Of a stretch of 64,000 nucleotides of DNA, positions 38,664-50,700 are shown in pieces. Positions within the stretch are counted from its first letter, which is position 1, and the number at the start of each line of letters is the position of its first letter. Source of the stretch: Octopus vulgaris (taxonomy: Eukaryota); contig OX597829.1 of the NCBI GenBank assembly GCA_951406725.2, positions 34,596,001 through 34,660,000 on the forward strand, given 5' to 3'. Made by a program: the position numbers and the translations under genes. The notes under the pieces were generated by a model. The model was not told the origin of the DNA and did no database searches. It worked only from the letters and a program-made list of their open reading frames with translations.

Positions 38664-38724
38664 GTCCATTGTGTTATTATAGGGCATTGTTGTGCCTTCA
38701 AAATGCATTATTATTATTGTTTAT

Positions 38725-38764
<40 letters not shown>

Positions 38765-38925
38765 AAAATTAATATAGACAGCAGTGTGCAATGTTTTATC
38801 AAAAAGGAAAACTATACTTGTGACTAGGGTGTTAGAACACCTACATTGCCAGAAATAAGACCTAAAAAGCTCTAATGCTGTTGTTAAAGCACATAATTGT
38901 ATATGATTATGTACTTTGACTACTT

Positions 38926-39140
38926 GTGTGTGTGTCTTTGTGTCTGTGTTTGTCCCTCATCACTGCTTGTTGGTGCGTTTACCTCCTTGTAACCTAGCAG
39001 TTCGACAAAAGAGACTGATAGAATAAGTACTAGGCTTTAAAAAAATAAGTCCTGGGGTCGATTTGTTCTACTAAATCCCTTCAAGGCAGTGCTCCAGCAT
39101 GGCTGAAGTCAGATGATTGAAACAAGTAAAAGAATGAAAG
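38926..39140 (+). mobile_element. Partial CORE-like SINE (3' half)
   Basis: Homologous to 40005-40212 (GATAGAATAAGTACT, GTGCTCCAGCATGG, GAAACAAGTAAAAGA). Confidence 0.75.
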
Positions 39141-39811
39141 AGCTGCATTTTCAAACTCATTTGGGATTTGGTAATCTTTCTACATTTTCAAGATCAGAGT
39201 GTGAAAAGTCTGATATTGAGAGGTAGTTCCCGATGTTGCTATAATTTAAGAGAGATGTTTTATTTTGGGTATTTTCATGGTTTCATTTCTATTCATGTCA
39301 TTTTTCCAACTTATGAAATAAAGGCTGTTTAAGATGATATGGGGCATTTCAGTTCAGTAATGATGGAAAATGTCCTTTCTAGCATTTGAGGATATATTTT
39401 GCGAATCCATTAGGATGTTGGAATTGACTGCAGCCACTAGGTTGCTTCTTTGATGTTCATACTAGGCTAAACATTTGCTTCATTCCAGCAATGGGGTTTC
39501 TGGGTTCATGGGCATTTGTATTATTCCTAAGTTCTATTGCTACCTTCCTTTCTGTCTATATGTGTATCTCTCATTCTGTATTACTCTAGTTTACCATTCC
39601 AGAGAGAGTTATAGAGAAAGAAAAATTAAAGAGCAATTAAGGAGGAAATAAAACGTTATGGCATCACACCTACTTTAGAATCTCTCATTTACTCACACAA
39701 CCTCTCTTTTCCAACTTCATGCATATTGACTTTCTCTCCATTTGCTCTCTTGACAGACAGAAGGGTATGATGTGAGGAGATTTGATTTATGTTTCTCAAA
39801 ATAACATTATA

Positions 39812-40212
39812 GGCACAGGAGTGGCTGTGTGGTAAGTAGCTTGCTAACCGACCACATGGTTTCGGGTTCAGTCCCACTGCGTGGCATCTTGGGCAAGTGT
39901 CTTCTGCTATAGCCCCAGGCCAACCAATGCCTTGTGAGTGGATTTGGTAGACGGAAACTGAAAGAAGCCTGTCGTATATATGTATATATATGTATGTATG
40001 TGTGTGTGTTTGTGTGTCTGTGTTTGTCCCCCTAGCATTGCTTGACAACCGATGCTGGTGTGTTTACGTCCCCGTCACTTAGCGGTTCGGCAAAAGAGAC
40101 CGATAGAATAAGTACTGGGCTTACAAAGAATAAGTCCCGAGGTCGATTTGCTCGACTAAAGGCGGTGCTCCAGCATGGCCGCAGTCAAATGACTGAAACA
40201 AGTAAAAAGAGA
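39812..40212 (+). mobile_element. Full-length tRNA-derived CORE-like SINE
   Basis: GGCACAGGAGTGGCTGTGTGGTAAG...GGGTTCAGTCCC head and CTTGGGCAAGTGTCTT core. Near-identical to the copy at 15212-15617. Confidence 0.88.
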
Positions 40213-40284
40213 AAATACAAAATTTCCTTATGAGTGTTCATTTTGTAGATTTTGAATACAAGTTGGACACACATATAGGCAATT

Positions 40285-40317
<33 letters not shown>

Positions 40318-41369
40318 GTGTATGAGTGTCCTCATCGTGACTTTACATTCACTTTCTGCACTGGTATGGGTTTGACAAGTTGCCACGATCCAAATCCACC
40401 CTTATTTATAGTTAGTGCACTCCTACACTGCTGGAGGCCACATCTTATGTTTCATTATTGGAATATTTTCTGTGCCTGGATGCTCTTCACAACTCTGGCT
40501 TCTTTACAGTGTGTACTGGATGCATTTATTGTAAAAGAAGCACTAGAGAGGTTGTCATGTTCTCTATGTTTCCTCTACTCATTTGTCAACCACTTTATAG
40601 TGTCTAGTAGATTCATTTTATTATGCACCAACACTAATGAGCTTGCATTGAACTCATGACTAGAAGTCCTCACTACTCTTGTATGCATCCTCTTGCTTGA
40701 GGCAAAAATAATCAAGAGGGTAAACAGAAGAAGAGACATCAGAAGAATTAGGATGAATGGATGAAGGGAATAACAGATGATAGAAACAGAGTGATTGAAG
40801 GGGAAGCCACAGATGAATAATTACAGAGGTGGACAATGGTAAAGGAAAGTGATGGCTCAGTGTTGTTGAAATGATTGGCAATGAAGAAAGTGATAGTAGT
40901 GTGTATTGGATACAAAGTCCCTATAGATCTTATACAATTTTTATACATAAGCTTTTAGAAGGGTGAGAGGTAAGAATGGTGGTGATGAGGGATTGAATAT
41001 GAGTAAGTTCAATACCATCCTTTGTTACATAGGCAGTATTATACAGTAAATAGGAGAAAGGTCTAGTGTCAGAGAGTTGGAAAGGTTAAACAGGTCAAAT
41101 GCCTTCTTTTGTTTAACTGACAAAATAGCACAGTGAATAGAAAGGTATATTAGTGGAAAGAGAATGAGTGAGAGAGAGAGAGAGAAGAGGGTATCAAAGA
41201 GGTCATGATGGCTGTAGAAGTCTTCATCAGCTGCCTCCATGGATATATTGGGGAAAAAAATCCAAATGTAGTTTTTGTATTATGTCTTACAGCCTCCATG
41301 CTTCTTCATTACTATTGCACCAATCAGTGCAGTCCTTTGTCATCTCCTCAGTGAGCTTTGCCACCTAAA

Positions 41370-42330
41370 ATCAGTCTTTGCTTGCTTCTTTCACATCACC
41401 TTGGGTTTCCTTCTTCCACTTATTCCAAATACTTTGGGCACTCTGTATTTCTTTATACAGCTGTCCTCTTATATTCAGTTTTTCTCTCATCTCACTTGTA
41501 TTGTTGTTCATGCAAACATTTTACACTAATAATAGCATGCTTACTTCATTTCTTTCTGGCCTTCATAAATCATCTGTTTCCAGGACCTCTGACTCACCAC
41601 TATGCACCATTGCAGGTCACATAAGAGCATCAAACAGTCTGCTCTTCACTCTGAGATAGAAACCTGTTTCCAGCATATGTAATAACTCACTGACATCTTT
41701 TAATCTGTTCTTACTCAGGCTGCTGTGTTTTCAGAACACTCACCACCTCTGCAATTAGGTCATCTACATAACAGAAGCTATTTACAACTTCTATTGGGGT
41801 ATTTTAGAGAATCTGTTTCATATGTGCTCTTAATGTTCACTATTTTTGTGCATCTGCCACATACAAAGTCTCTTTTCTCCACCAGGCTTCCTGTGATTCC
41901 ACTACAATTCTTGTATGTTCTTAATTTACACTTAGTACACCATATATGGAACTTTTTTTTCTTCTTTTCTGAAAATCTAACATAATCATTTCCTTTATCA
42001 TAGTATTATCCTTTTTTTCTTTTATACTTACTAATTGTTTTAATCTTTGTTATATTTACCCTGAGACCTTATGATTCTAGGTTTTGCATCCTTTACTGCA
42101 ATTCTCTAATTCTGCTACAAATTGAGCTATAAGAGCCAAGTTATTATACAGCAGGTATCACACACAGCTACACTTATACTATTCCATTATGACCTGGAGG
42201 ACTGATAAATATTAATGGCATGAGAACTGAACTTAGTGCACACATACTAGCAAGCTAAATTTCATTGCTGAACTCATTCATATCTCACATCTTGCTAAAT
42301 GCACTTTTGTACTGGGTTAGAAGGGGTACA
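41370..42330 (-). mobile_element. Very old RTE LINE remnant
   Basis: Diverged blocks colinear with the RT C-terminal half of the 48-50 kb element. Confidence 0.5.
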
Positions 42331-42627
42331 TGGCCCACACAAGCCAGTTGTCTACCCGTAGTTTCATTAGCAACATTCAAACTGCAGAGCATAAAATCTA
42401 GTTGAAGCGTTTTCCCAGGCTGACAAATGCTAGTATTTCATCTGCACTTGTCTCACTAACAAGAAAATAGTAGTAACTTCTTTTTGAAATAGAGGTAGCA
42501 TGAAATATTGTCAGTGAACAAGTTGCGGTTTCAAAGCAAAGAAAAATATTTTGACAGAAATTAAATTTAAATGTTGAAGTGAATGTAATGTTTTTTTTTG
42601 TGTTATAAACACTTTCCACACAGCAAT

Positions 42628-42674
<47 letters not shown>

Positions 42675-43025
42675 CATATAAATATTATAGAAAACCAAAA
42701 GACAAAAACAGGTGTATAAACAACAAGCATTTAGTTTGATGGTGGAGAAGGTGAGAAAGCCTTTTAGATTTCAAGCCTATGCTCTTCAACTGAAAGGAAT
42801 GTGACAAAAAACAGAGAGAGAATAAAAAAACTTGTGGGTTTAATGGTCAATCATATATATATGTGTGTATATGTATATATGTGTGTGTCTGTGAGTATAT
42901 ATATGTGTGTATATATATATGTGTGTCTATATGTATATGTGTGTGTATATATATATGTGTGTCTATATGTATATGTGTGTGTATATATATTTGTGTATAT
43001 ATACATATATATATATATTTAAATG

Positions 43026-43058
<33 letters not shown>

Positions 43059-43080
43059 TTGTATATATATGTGTATATAT

Positions 43081-44007
43081 AACCTAAGAAGCATCAGTTG
43101 TGGTGTGCAAGAGAGACGGCTGCGCTGGTATGGTCATGTGACGAGAATGGATGAAGATAGTTGTGTGCAAAAGTGCTACACCCTAGCAGTTGAGGGAACC
43201 TGTGGAAGAGGTAGACCCAGGAAAACCTGGGACGAGGTGGTGAAGCACGACCTTCGAACTTTAGGTCTCACCAAGGAAATGACTAGAGACCGAGACCTAT
43301 GGAAGTATGCTGTGCGTGAGAAGACCCGGCAAGACTAGTGAGGCCATAACCCGTGGCCCCTACCTGGGACGTAGTCAGTCCACCTGTGCATACCTTCCTT
43401 CTTGTGACACTTGTGAAGACCTGTTGAGGCAAGTGAAAATCAAACCAAATCAAAATAGATGAACATCAATGGAATTTGTATCTTGTGGTACCAGTGCCGG
43501 TGGCACATAAGAAAACCATCCGAACATGGCCGTAGCCAGTACCGCATCGACTGGCCTCCGTGGTGTGGGCACGTAACAAACACCATCCGATCGTGGCCAT
43601 TCGCTAGCCTCGTCTGGCACCTGTGTCGGTGGCACATAAAAAAAAACACCATCCAAGCGTGGCCGTTCGCCAGCCTTGTCTGGCACCTGTGTCGGTGGCA
43701 CATAAAAAACACCATCCGAGCGTGGCCGTCTGCCAGCCTCATCTGGCACCTGTGTCGGTGGCACATAAAAAAACACTATCCGAGTGTGGCCGTTCGCCAG
43801 CCTCGTCTGGCACCTGTGTCGGTGGCACATAAAATCACCCACTACACTCTCGGAGTGGTTGGCGTTAGGAAGGGCATCCAGCTGTAGAAACACTGCCAGA
43901 TCTGACTGGCCTGGTGCAGCCTTCGGGCTCCCCAGACCCCAGTTGAACCGTCCGACCCATGCTAGCATGGAAAGCGGATGTTAAACGATGATGATGATAA
44001 TGATGAT
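43081..44007 (+). mobile_element. 5'-truncated RTE LINE (ORF end plus 3' UTR with about 63-bp tandem repeats)
   Basis: [19 protein letters not shown]...GRGRPRKTWDEVVKHDL...RQD*, then 3' UTR repeats and a (GAT)n tail. Microsatellite on both sides. Confidence 0.95.
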
Positions 44008-44020
44008 TTCAGTGTGTATA

Positions 44021-44079
<59 letters not shown>

Positions 44080-47000
44080 ATCATCATCATTATCATCATC
44101 GCTTAATGTCCGCTTTCCATGCTAGCTTGGGTTGGACGATTTGACTGAGGACTGGTGAACCAGATGGCTACACCAGGCTCCAATGTGATCTGGCAGAGTT
44201 CCTACAGCTGGATGCCCTTCCTAACACCAACCACTCCGAGAGTGTAGTGGGTGCATTTACGTGCCACCGGCACGAAGGCCAGTCAGGCAGTACTGGCAAT
44301 GGTCACGTTCAAATGGTGTTTTTTACATACCACCTGCACAGGAGCCAGTCCAGTGGCACTGGCAACGACCTTGCTTGAATGTATTTTCATGTGCAACCTG
44401 CACAAGTGACAGTAAGGCAATGCTGGTAATGATCACGCTCAAATGGTGCTTTTTACGTGCCACTGGCACAGAAGCAAGTTAGCTGCTCTAGCAACGATCA
44501 TGCTCAGATGGTGCTCTTTGCACACCGCTAGCACAGATGCCAGTCATTGAATTTGATTTTGATTTCACTTGCTTTAACAGGTCTTCACAAGCAGAGTTTA
44601 GTGTCCAGCAAAGGAAAGGTATGCATAAGTGGGCTGGTTACACCACTGGCATAGGCCATGGGTTATGGTCTCACTTGGCTTGCCGGGTCTTCTCAAGCAC
44701 AGCATTTTTCCAAAGGTCTCAGTCACTAGTCATTGACTCGATGAGGCCTAATGTTTGAAGGTCATGCTTCACCACTTCATCCCAGGTCTTCCTGGGTCTA
44801 CCTCTTCCACAGGTTCCCTCAACTGCTAAGGTGTGGCATTTTTTACACAGCTATCCTCATCCATTCTCACCACATGACCATACTAGTGCAGTTGTCTCTC
44901 TTGCACACCACAACTGATGCTTCTTAGGTCCAACTTTTCTCTCAAGGTACTTATACTCTGTCGCGTATGCACACTGACATTACACATCCATCAGAGCATA
45001 CTGGCTTCATTCCTTGCGAGCTTACGCATGTCCTCAGCAGTCACGGCCCATGTTTCACTGCCAAGTAGCATGGCTGTTTGTACACATGTATCATACAGTC
45101 TACCTTTTACTCTGAGTGAGAGGCCCTTTGTCACCTGCAGAGTTAAGAGCTCCCTGAACTTTGCCCAGGCTATTCTTATTCTAGCAACTACACTTTCAGT
45201 GTACTCTCCCTTACTACTAACTTGGTCACCTAGGTAATGGAAGCTATCAACTACTTTTAGTTTTTCTCCCTGGAATGTAGCGGAAGTTGTTCTCTGCACA
45301 TTTTCTGTGTTTATTGCTCCTGAGCATCTGCCACCTAGAAAAACCCTCTTCCCAGTTAGACTTCCTTTGATATTGCTGCACCTCTTATGTGTCCATAGCT
45401 TATGCTAGGTACATCTTATAAAGTTTCTACCAATGCCTTTTCTACAGATCGAGCAGGGCCATCTACCTGAAGGGATTTGTGGTTTGCCTGCGAATTAAAA
45501 CTTTGGTTTTAGCTAGGTTGACTCTAGCTACTTATTAAGACTTTGGATTTAGCTAGCTTGACTCTAAGGCCCTTCAATTCTAATCCTTGCTTCCACACCT
45601 GAAACTTCTCCTCTAGTTTTGATAGTGACTCAGCAATTAGAGCAAGGTCATCAGCATAGAGGAGCTCCCAGAGACATCATGTCTTGAATTCCTCTGTTAT
45701 TGCCTGGGGGACTATGATAAATAGGAGGGGGCTGAGGACTGAACCTTGGTGGACCCCTACCTCTACACGGAATTCTCCACTGTACTCATTGCCAATCCTC
45801 ACCTTACTGACAGTATCCCTGTACATGGCTTGCACAGCTCTCACTAACCATTCTTGTATCCCTAGTTTCCTCATTGACCACCAGATAAGGGATCGGGGGA
45901 CCCTGACAAAGGTTTTCTCCATGTCAACGAAAGCCAGGTATAGAGGTTTATCTTTGGCTAGGTATTTCTTCTACAGCTGTCTTACCAGAAATATATTATC
46001 AGTGGTGCTTTTCCCTGGCACGAACGCAAACTGCATGTCATCTAAACTGACTCTCTCCCTAATTCGTTGGGCTATGACCCTCTCTATGACCTTCATTATC
46101 TCATCCAACAACTTGATACCTCTGTAATTATTTGTATCTAAAGCATCACCTTTACCTTTGTAGCAGTTGACTATTATGCTTATTTTTTTATTGCCCACTA
46201 GGGGCTAAACATAGAGGGGACAAACAAGGACATTAAGTCGATTACATCAACCCCAGTGCATAACTGGTACTTAATTTATCGACCCCGAAAGGATGAAAAG
46301 CAAAGTTGACCTCGGCGGAATTTGAACTCAGAACGTAGCGGCAGACGAAATACTGCAAAGCATTTCGCCCGGCGTGCTAACGTTTCTGCCAGCTCGCCGC
46401 CTTATGCTGCTACACCAGTCATTGGGTATGACTCCTTCGTGTATCACCTGGTTAACTATACGGGTGACCAGGCTATAGCCGACACTGCCAGATATTTTGA
46501 GCATCTCTGCAGTGATTCCTGCTTTCCCTTTCTTCATACTTTTAATTACTTTATCTACCAAGGTACTGTCAACTTGGATAGCTGGTCCCTCTGCTGGGTT
46601 GACATTTGGCAGACTCTCTTTCTCCCATTCATTCTCTTTATTGAGCAACCTCTCATAGTGGCATCTCCAAGCCTCTCTCTTTGCAGCCTCGTTTAGTGCA
46701 AGTGAACCATGATCCATGTGGATACCTTTCTCTCCTACCACATCACGATTCTCTCTCACACAATGTCTTGCAACACGAAGTACCTCAAGTCCTTGGCCCT
46801 CACGGCACTTAACATTGGCAAATTTTTTCTTATCTGCTTCCATTCTTATCCTGTCTCCTAGCTTCCCTTCTGGCAGTCTGATTCCCTGCTACCACTGTTC
46901 TTCCAGTCCTTCCAAACCTGTTTCTTTTCTCTAATAGCCCTGTCAACAACATTGTTCCACCACCATGTTACCTTGGGTCGAGAGGGGACTTTGCACCATC

Positions 47001-47373
47001 CACAGATCTGGTCATTGGCCCTCAGCAGGTTGTCCCGTAGAAACCTTCTACATCGTGTGAAGCTATATCCCCTTCTATTTCGTCAAAGGCTTTGAGTAAT
47101 ATGTCTCTAAATCTCTGTCCATTTGCAGGATCTTTAAGCTTCCAAACCCTTCTCCTTCATGCTGGTCATCTTCTAGCCCTGATCCTGAAGTCAGTAACTA
47201 CCAGTCTATGTTGTGGGGTATATTCTTTACCTGGGAAGGTTTTAGCATTTATGAGCAGCCATCTTTCCCTTTTTCTGGTGAGGATGTAGTCAATTTGGTT
47301 AGTGTGTCTACCAGAACGGTAGGTGAGTAGGTGACTGGCAGGTTTCCTGAAGTTAGTATTGCAAACCATTAGA
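44080..47373 (-). mobile_element. 5'-truncated, mutated RTE LINE with nested SINE
   Basis: (CAT)n tail at 44080. ORF pieces 44991..45299, 45677..45922, 45971..46198 and 46328..46843. Breaks off within the APE region at the 47.4 kb microsatellite. Confidence 0.95.
46181..46401 (-). mobile_element. SINE (7073 family) inserted in RTE with 7-bp TSD
   Basis: TSD TTATGCT at 46174-80 and 46402-08. Removing it restores the RTE sequence seen at 49770-49790. Confidence 0.92.
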
Positions 47374-47402
47374 TATGTATGTATATATATATTTATGTAT
47401 AC

Positions 47403-47439
<37 letters not shown>

Positions 47440-47525
47440 CATACACACACATATATATGTGTGTATATATATATATGCATATATGTATATATATGTATGT
47501 ATATATATGTGTGTATATGTATATA

Positions 47526-47580
<55 letters not shown>

Positions 47581-47593
47581 GTATATGTATATG

Positions 47594-47628
<35 letters not shown>

Positions 47629-47707
47629 GCGTATATGTATGTATATATATATATATATATATGTATATGTATATATATATATGTATTTATATATATATAT
47701 ATATATA

Positions 47708-50700
47708 TCATCATCATCATCATCATCATTTAGCGTCCGTTTTCCATGCTAGCATGGGTTGGACGGTTCTGCTGGGGTCTGTGAAGCCAGAAGGCTTCAT
47801 CAGGCCCAGTCAAATCTGGCAGTGTTTCTACGGCTGGATGCCCTTCCTAACGCCAACCACTCCGTGAGTGTAGTGGGTGCTTTTTACGTGCCACCCGCAC
47901 TGGTGCCAGACAGAGCTGGCAAACGGCCACGAACGGATGGTGCTTTTTATGTGCCACCGGCACGAGGGCCAGGCGAGGCTGGCAACGGACACGAAACGGG
48001 GCGGTGCTGGCAACGGTCGCGAAACGGAAAGTTCTCTTACATGCCACCGGCACTGGTAACACATCTGCAATTTCCATTGATCGATTTCGATTCTGATCCT
48101 CACTTGCCTCAATGGGTCTTCACAAGCAGAGTTTCGACATGCCACCGGCACTGGTAGCACATCCGCAATTTCCATTGATCGATTTCGATTCTGATCCTCA
48201 CTTGCCTCAACACGTCTTCACAAGTAGAGTTTTGTGTCCCAAGAAGGGAAGGTATGCATACGTAGGCTGGCTCCATCCCATGTAGAAGGCCACGGGTTGT
48301 GGACTCACTTGTCCTGCCGGGTCTTCTCGCGCACAGCACACTTCCAGAGGTCTCGGTCTCTAGTCATTTCCTCAGTGAGACCTAAAGTTCGAAGGTCGTG
48401 CTTCACCACCTCGTCCCAGGTTTTCCTGGGTCTGCCTCTTCCACAGGTTCCCTCAACCGCTAGGGCGTGGCACTTTTTCACACAACTATCTTCATCCATT
48501 CTCGCCACATGACCATACCAGCGCAAACGTCTCTCTTGCACACCACAACTGATGCTTCTTAGGTCCAGCTTTTCTCTCAAGGTACTTACACTCTGCCGAG
48601 TGTGAGTACTGACATTACACATCCATCGGAGCATACTGGCTTCATTTCTAGCGAGCTTACGCATATCCTCAGCAGTCACGGCCCATGTTTCACTGCCATG
48701 TAGCATGGCTGTTCGTACACACGCATCATACAGTCTGCCTTTCACTCTGTGCGAGAGGCCTTTTGTCACCAGCAGAGGTAAGAGCTCTCTGAACTTTGCC
48801 CAAGCTATTCTTACTCTAGCAGTTACACTTTCAGCACACCCGCCCCCGCTGCTGACTTGGTCACCTAGGTAACGGAAACTATCAACTATTTCTAGTTTTT
48901 CTCCCTGGAAAGTGACAGAAGTTGGTCTCAGAGCATTTTCAGTGTTTATTGTTCCTGAGCATCTGCCACATACAAAAACCATCTTCCTAGTTAGCCTTCC
49001 TTTGACATTGCTGCATCTCTTATGTGTCCATAGCTTACACTTGGTGCATCTTATAGAGTTTCTACCTACACCTTTTCTACAGATCGAGCAGGGCCATCTA
49101 CCTGAAGGTGTTTGTGATTTGTCAACCTTCCTACTGATTACGACTTTGGTTTTAGCTAGATTGACTCTAAGGCCCTTCGATTCTAATCCTTGTTTCCACA
49201 CCTGAAACTTCTCCTCCAGTTCTGATAGCGACTCAGCAATTAGAGCAAGGTCATCAGCATAGAGGAGCTCCCAAGGGCATCCTGTCTTGAATTCCTCCGT
49301 TATTGCCTGGAGGACTATGATAAATAGGAGGGGGCTGAGTACTGAGCCTTGGTGGACCCCTACCTCTACCCGGAATTCTTCACTGTACTCATTTCCAACC
49401 CTCACCCTACTAGCGGCGTCCCTATACATGGCCCGCACAGCTCTCACTAACCATTCATCTATCCCTAGTTTTCTCATTGCCCACCAGATAAGGGATCGGG
49501 GGACCCTGTCGAAGGCTTTCTCCATGTCAACAAAAGCCAGGTACAGGGGCTTATCTTTGGCTAGGTATTTCTCCTGCAGCTGCCTTACCAGGAATATAGC
49601 ATCAGTAGTACTTTTCCCTGGCACAAACCCAAACTGCATCTCATCTAAACTAACTCTCTCTCTAATTAGTTGGGCTATGACCCTCTCTGTAACCTTCATC
49701 ACCTGGTCCAACAGCTTGATACCTCTGTAGTTATTTGTATCTAGGGCATCACCTTTACCTTTGTAGCAGTTGACTATTATACTGCTACACCAGTCATTGG
49801 GTATGACCCCTTTGTGTATCACCTGATTAACTATATGGGTGACTAGGCTATAGCCAACACTACCAGACATTTTGAGCATCTCTGCAGTGATTCCTGATGG
49901 GCCTGGGGCTTTCCCTGTCTTCATGCTTCTAATTGCCTTAGCTACCACAGAACTATCAACTCGGATAGCTGGTCCCTCTGTTGGGTCAACATTCGGCAGA
50001 CTCTCTTTATCCCATTCATTTTCTTCATTCAGCAACCTTTCATAGTGGCATCTCCAAACCTCTCTCTTTGCATCCTCATTTAGCGCAAGTGAACCATCTT
50101 CCATGCGAACACACTTCTCTCCTACCACATCACGATTCTCTCTCACACACTGTCTTGCAACACGAAACACCTCCAGTTTTGGTCCTCACGGCGCAGAGCA
50201 TTGGCAAATTTTTTCTTATCTGCTTCCCCTCTGGCTAAATAAACCTGTCTCCTAGCTTCTCTTTTGGCAGTCTGATACAATTCCCTGCTACCCCCATTTT
50301 TCCAGACCTTCCAAGCCTGTCTCTTTTCTCTAATAGCCCTGTCTACAATGTTGTTCCACCACCACGTTATTCTAGGTCGAGAGGGGACTTTGCACCAGCC
50401 ACAGATCTGGTCAGTGGCTCTCAGCAGGTTGTCCCTTAGAAACGTCCAGCTGTCTTCTACCCCCTGTGATGCTCTATCCCCTTCTACTTCGTCAGAGGCT
50501 TCAAGTAATATGTCCCTAAATCTCTGTCCATTTGCAGGATCTTTAAGCTTCCAGATCCTTCTTCTCCATATTTGTCGTCTTCTGGTTGTCCTCCTAGTCC
50601 TGATCCTAAAGTCACTAACTACCAGTCTATGTTGTGGGGTACATTCTTCACCTGGGAAGGTTTTGGCATTTATAAGCAGCCATCTCTCCCTTTGCCTTGT

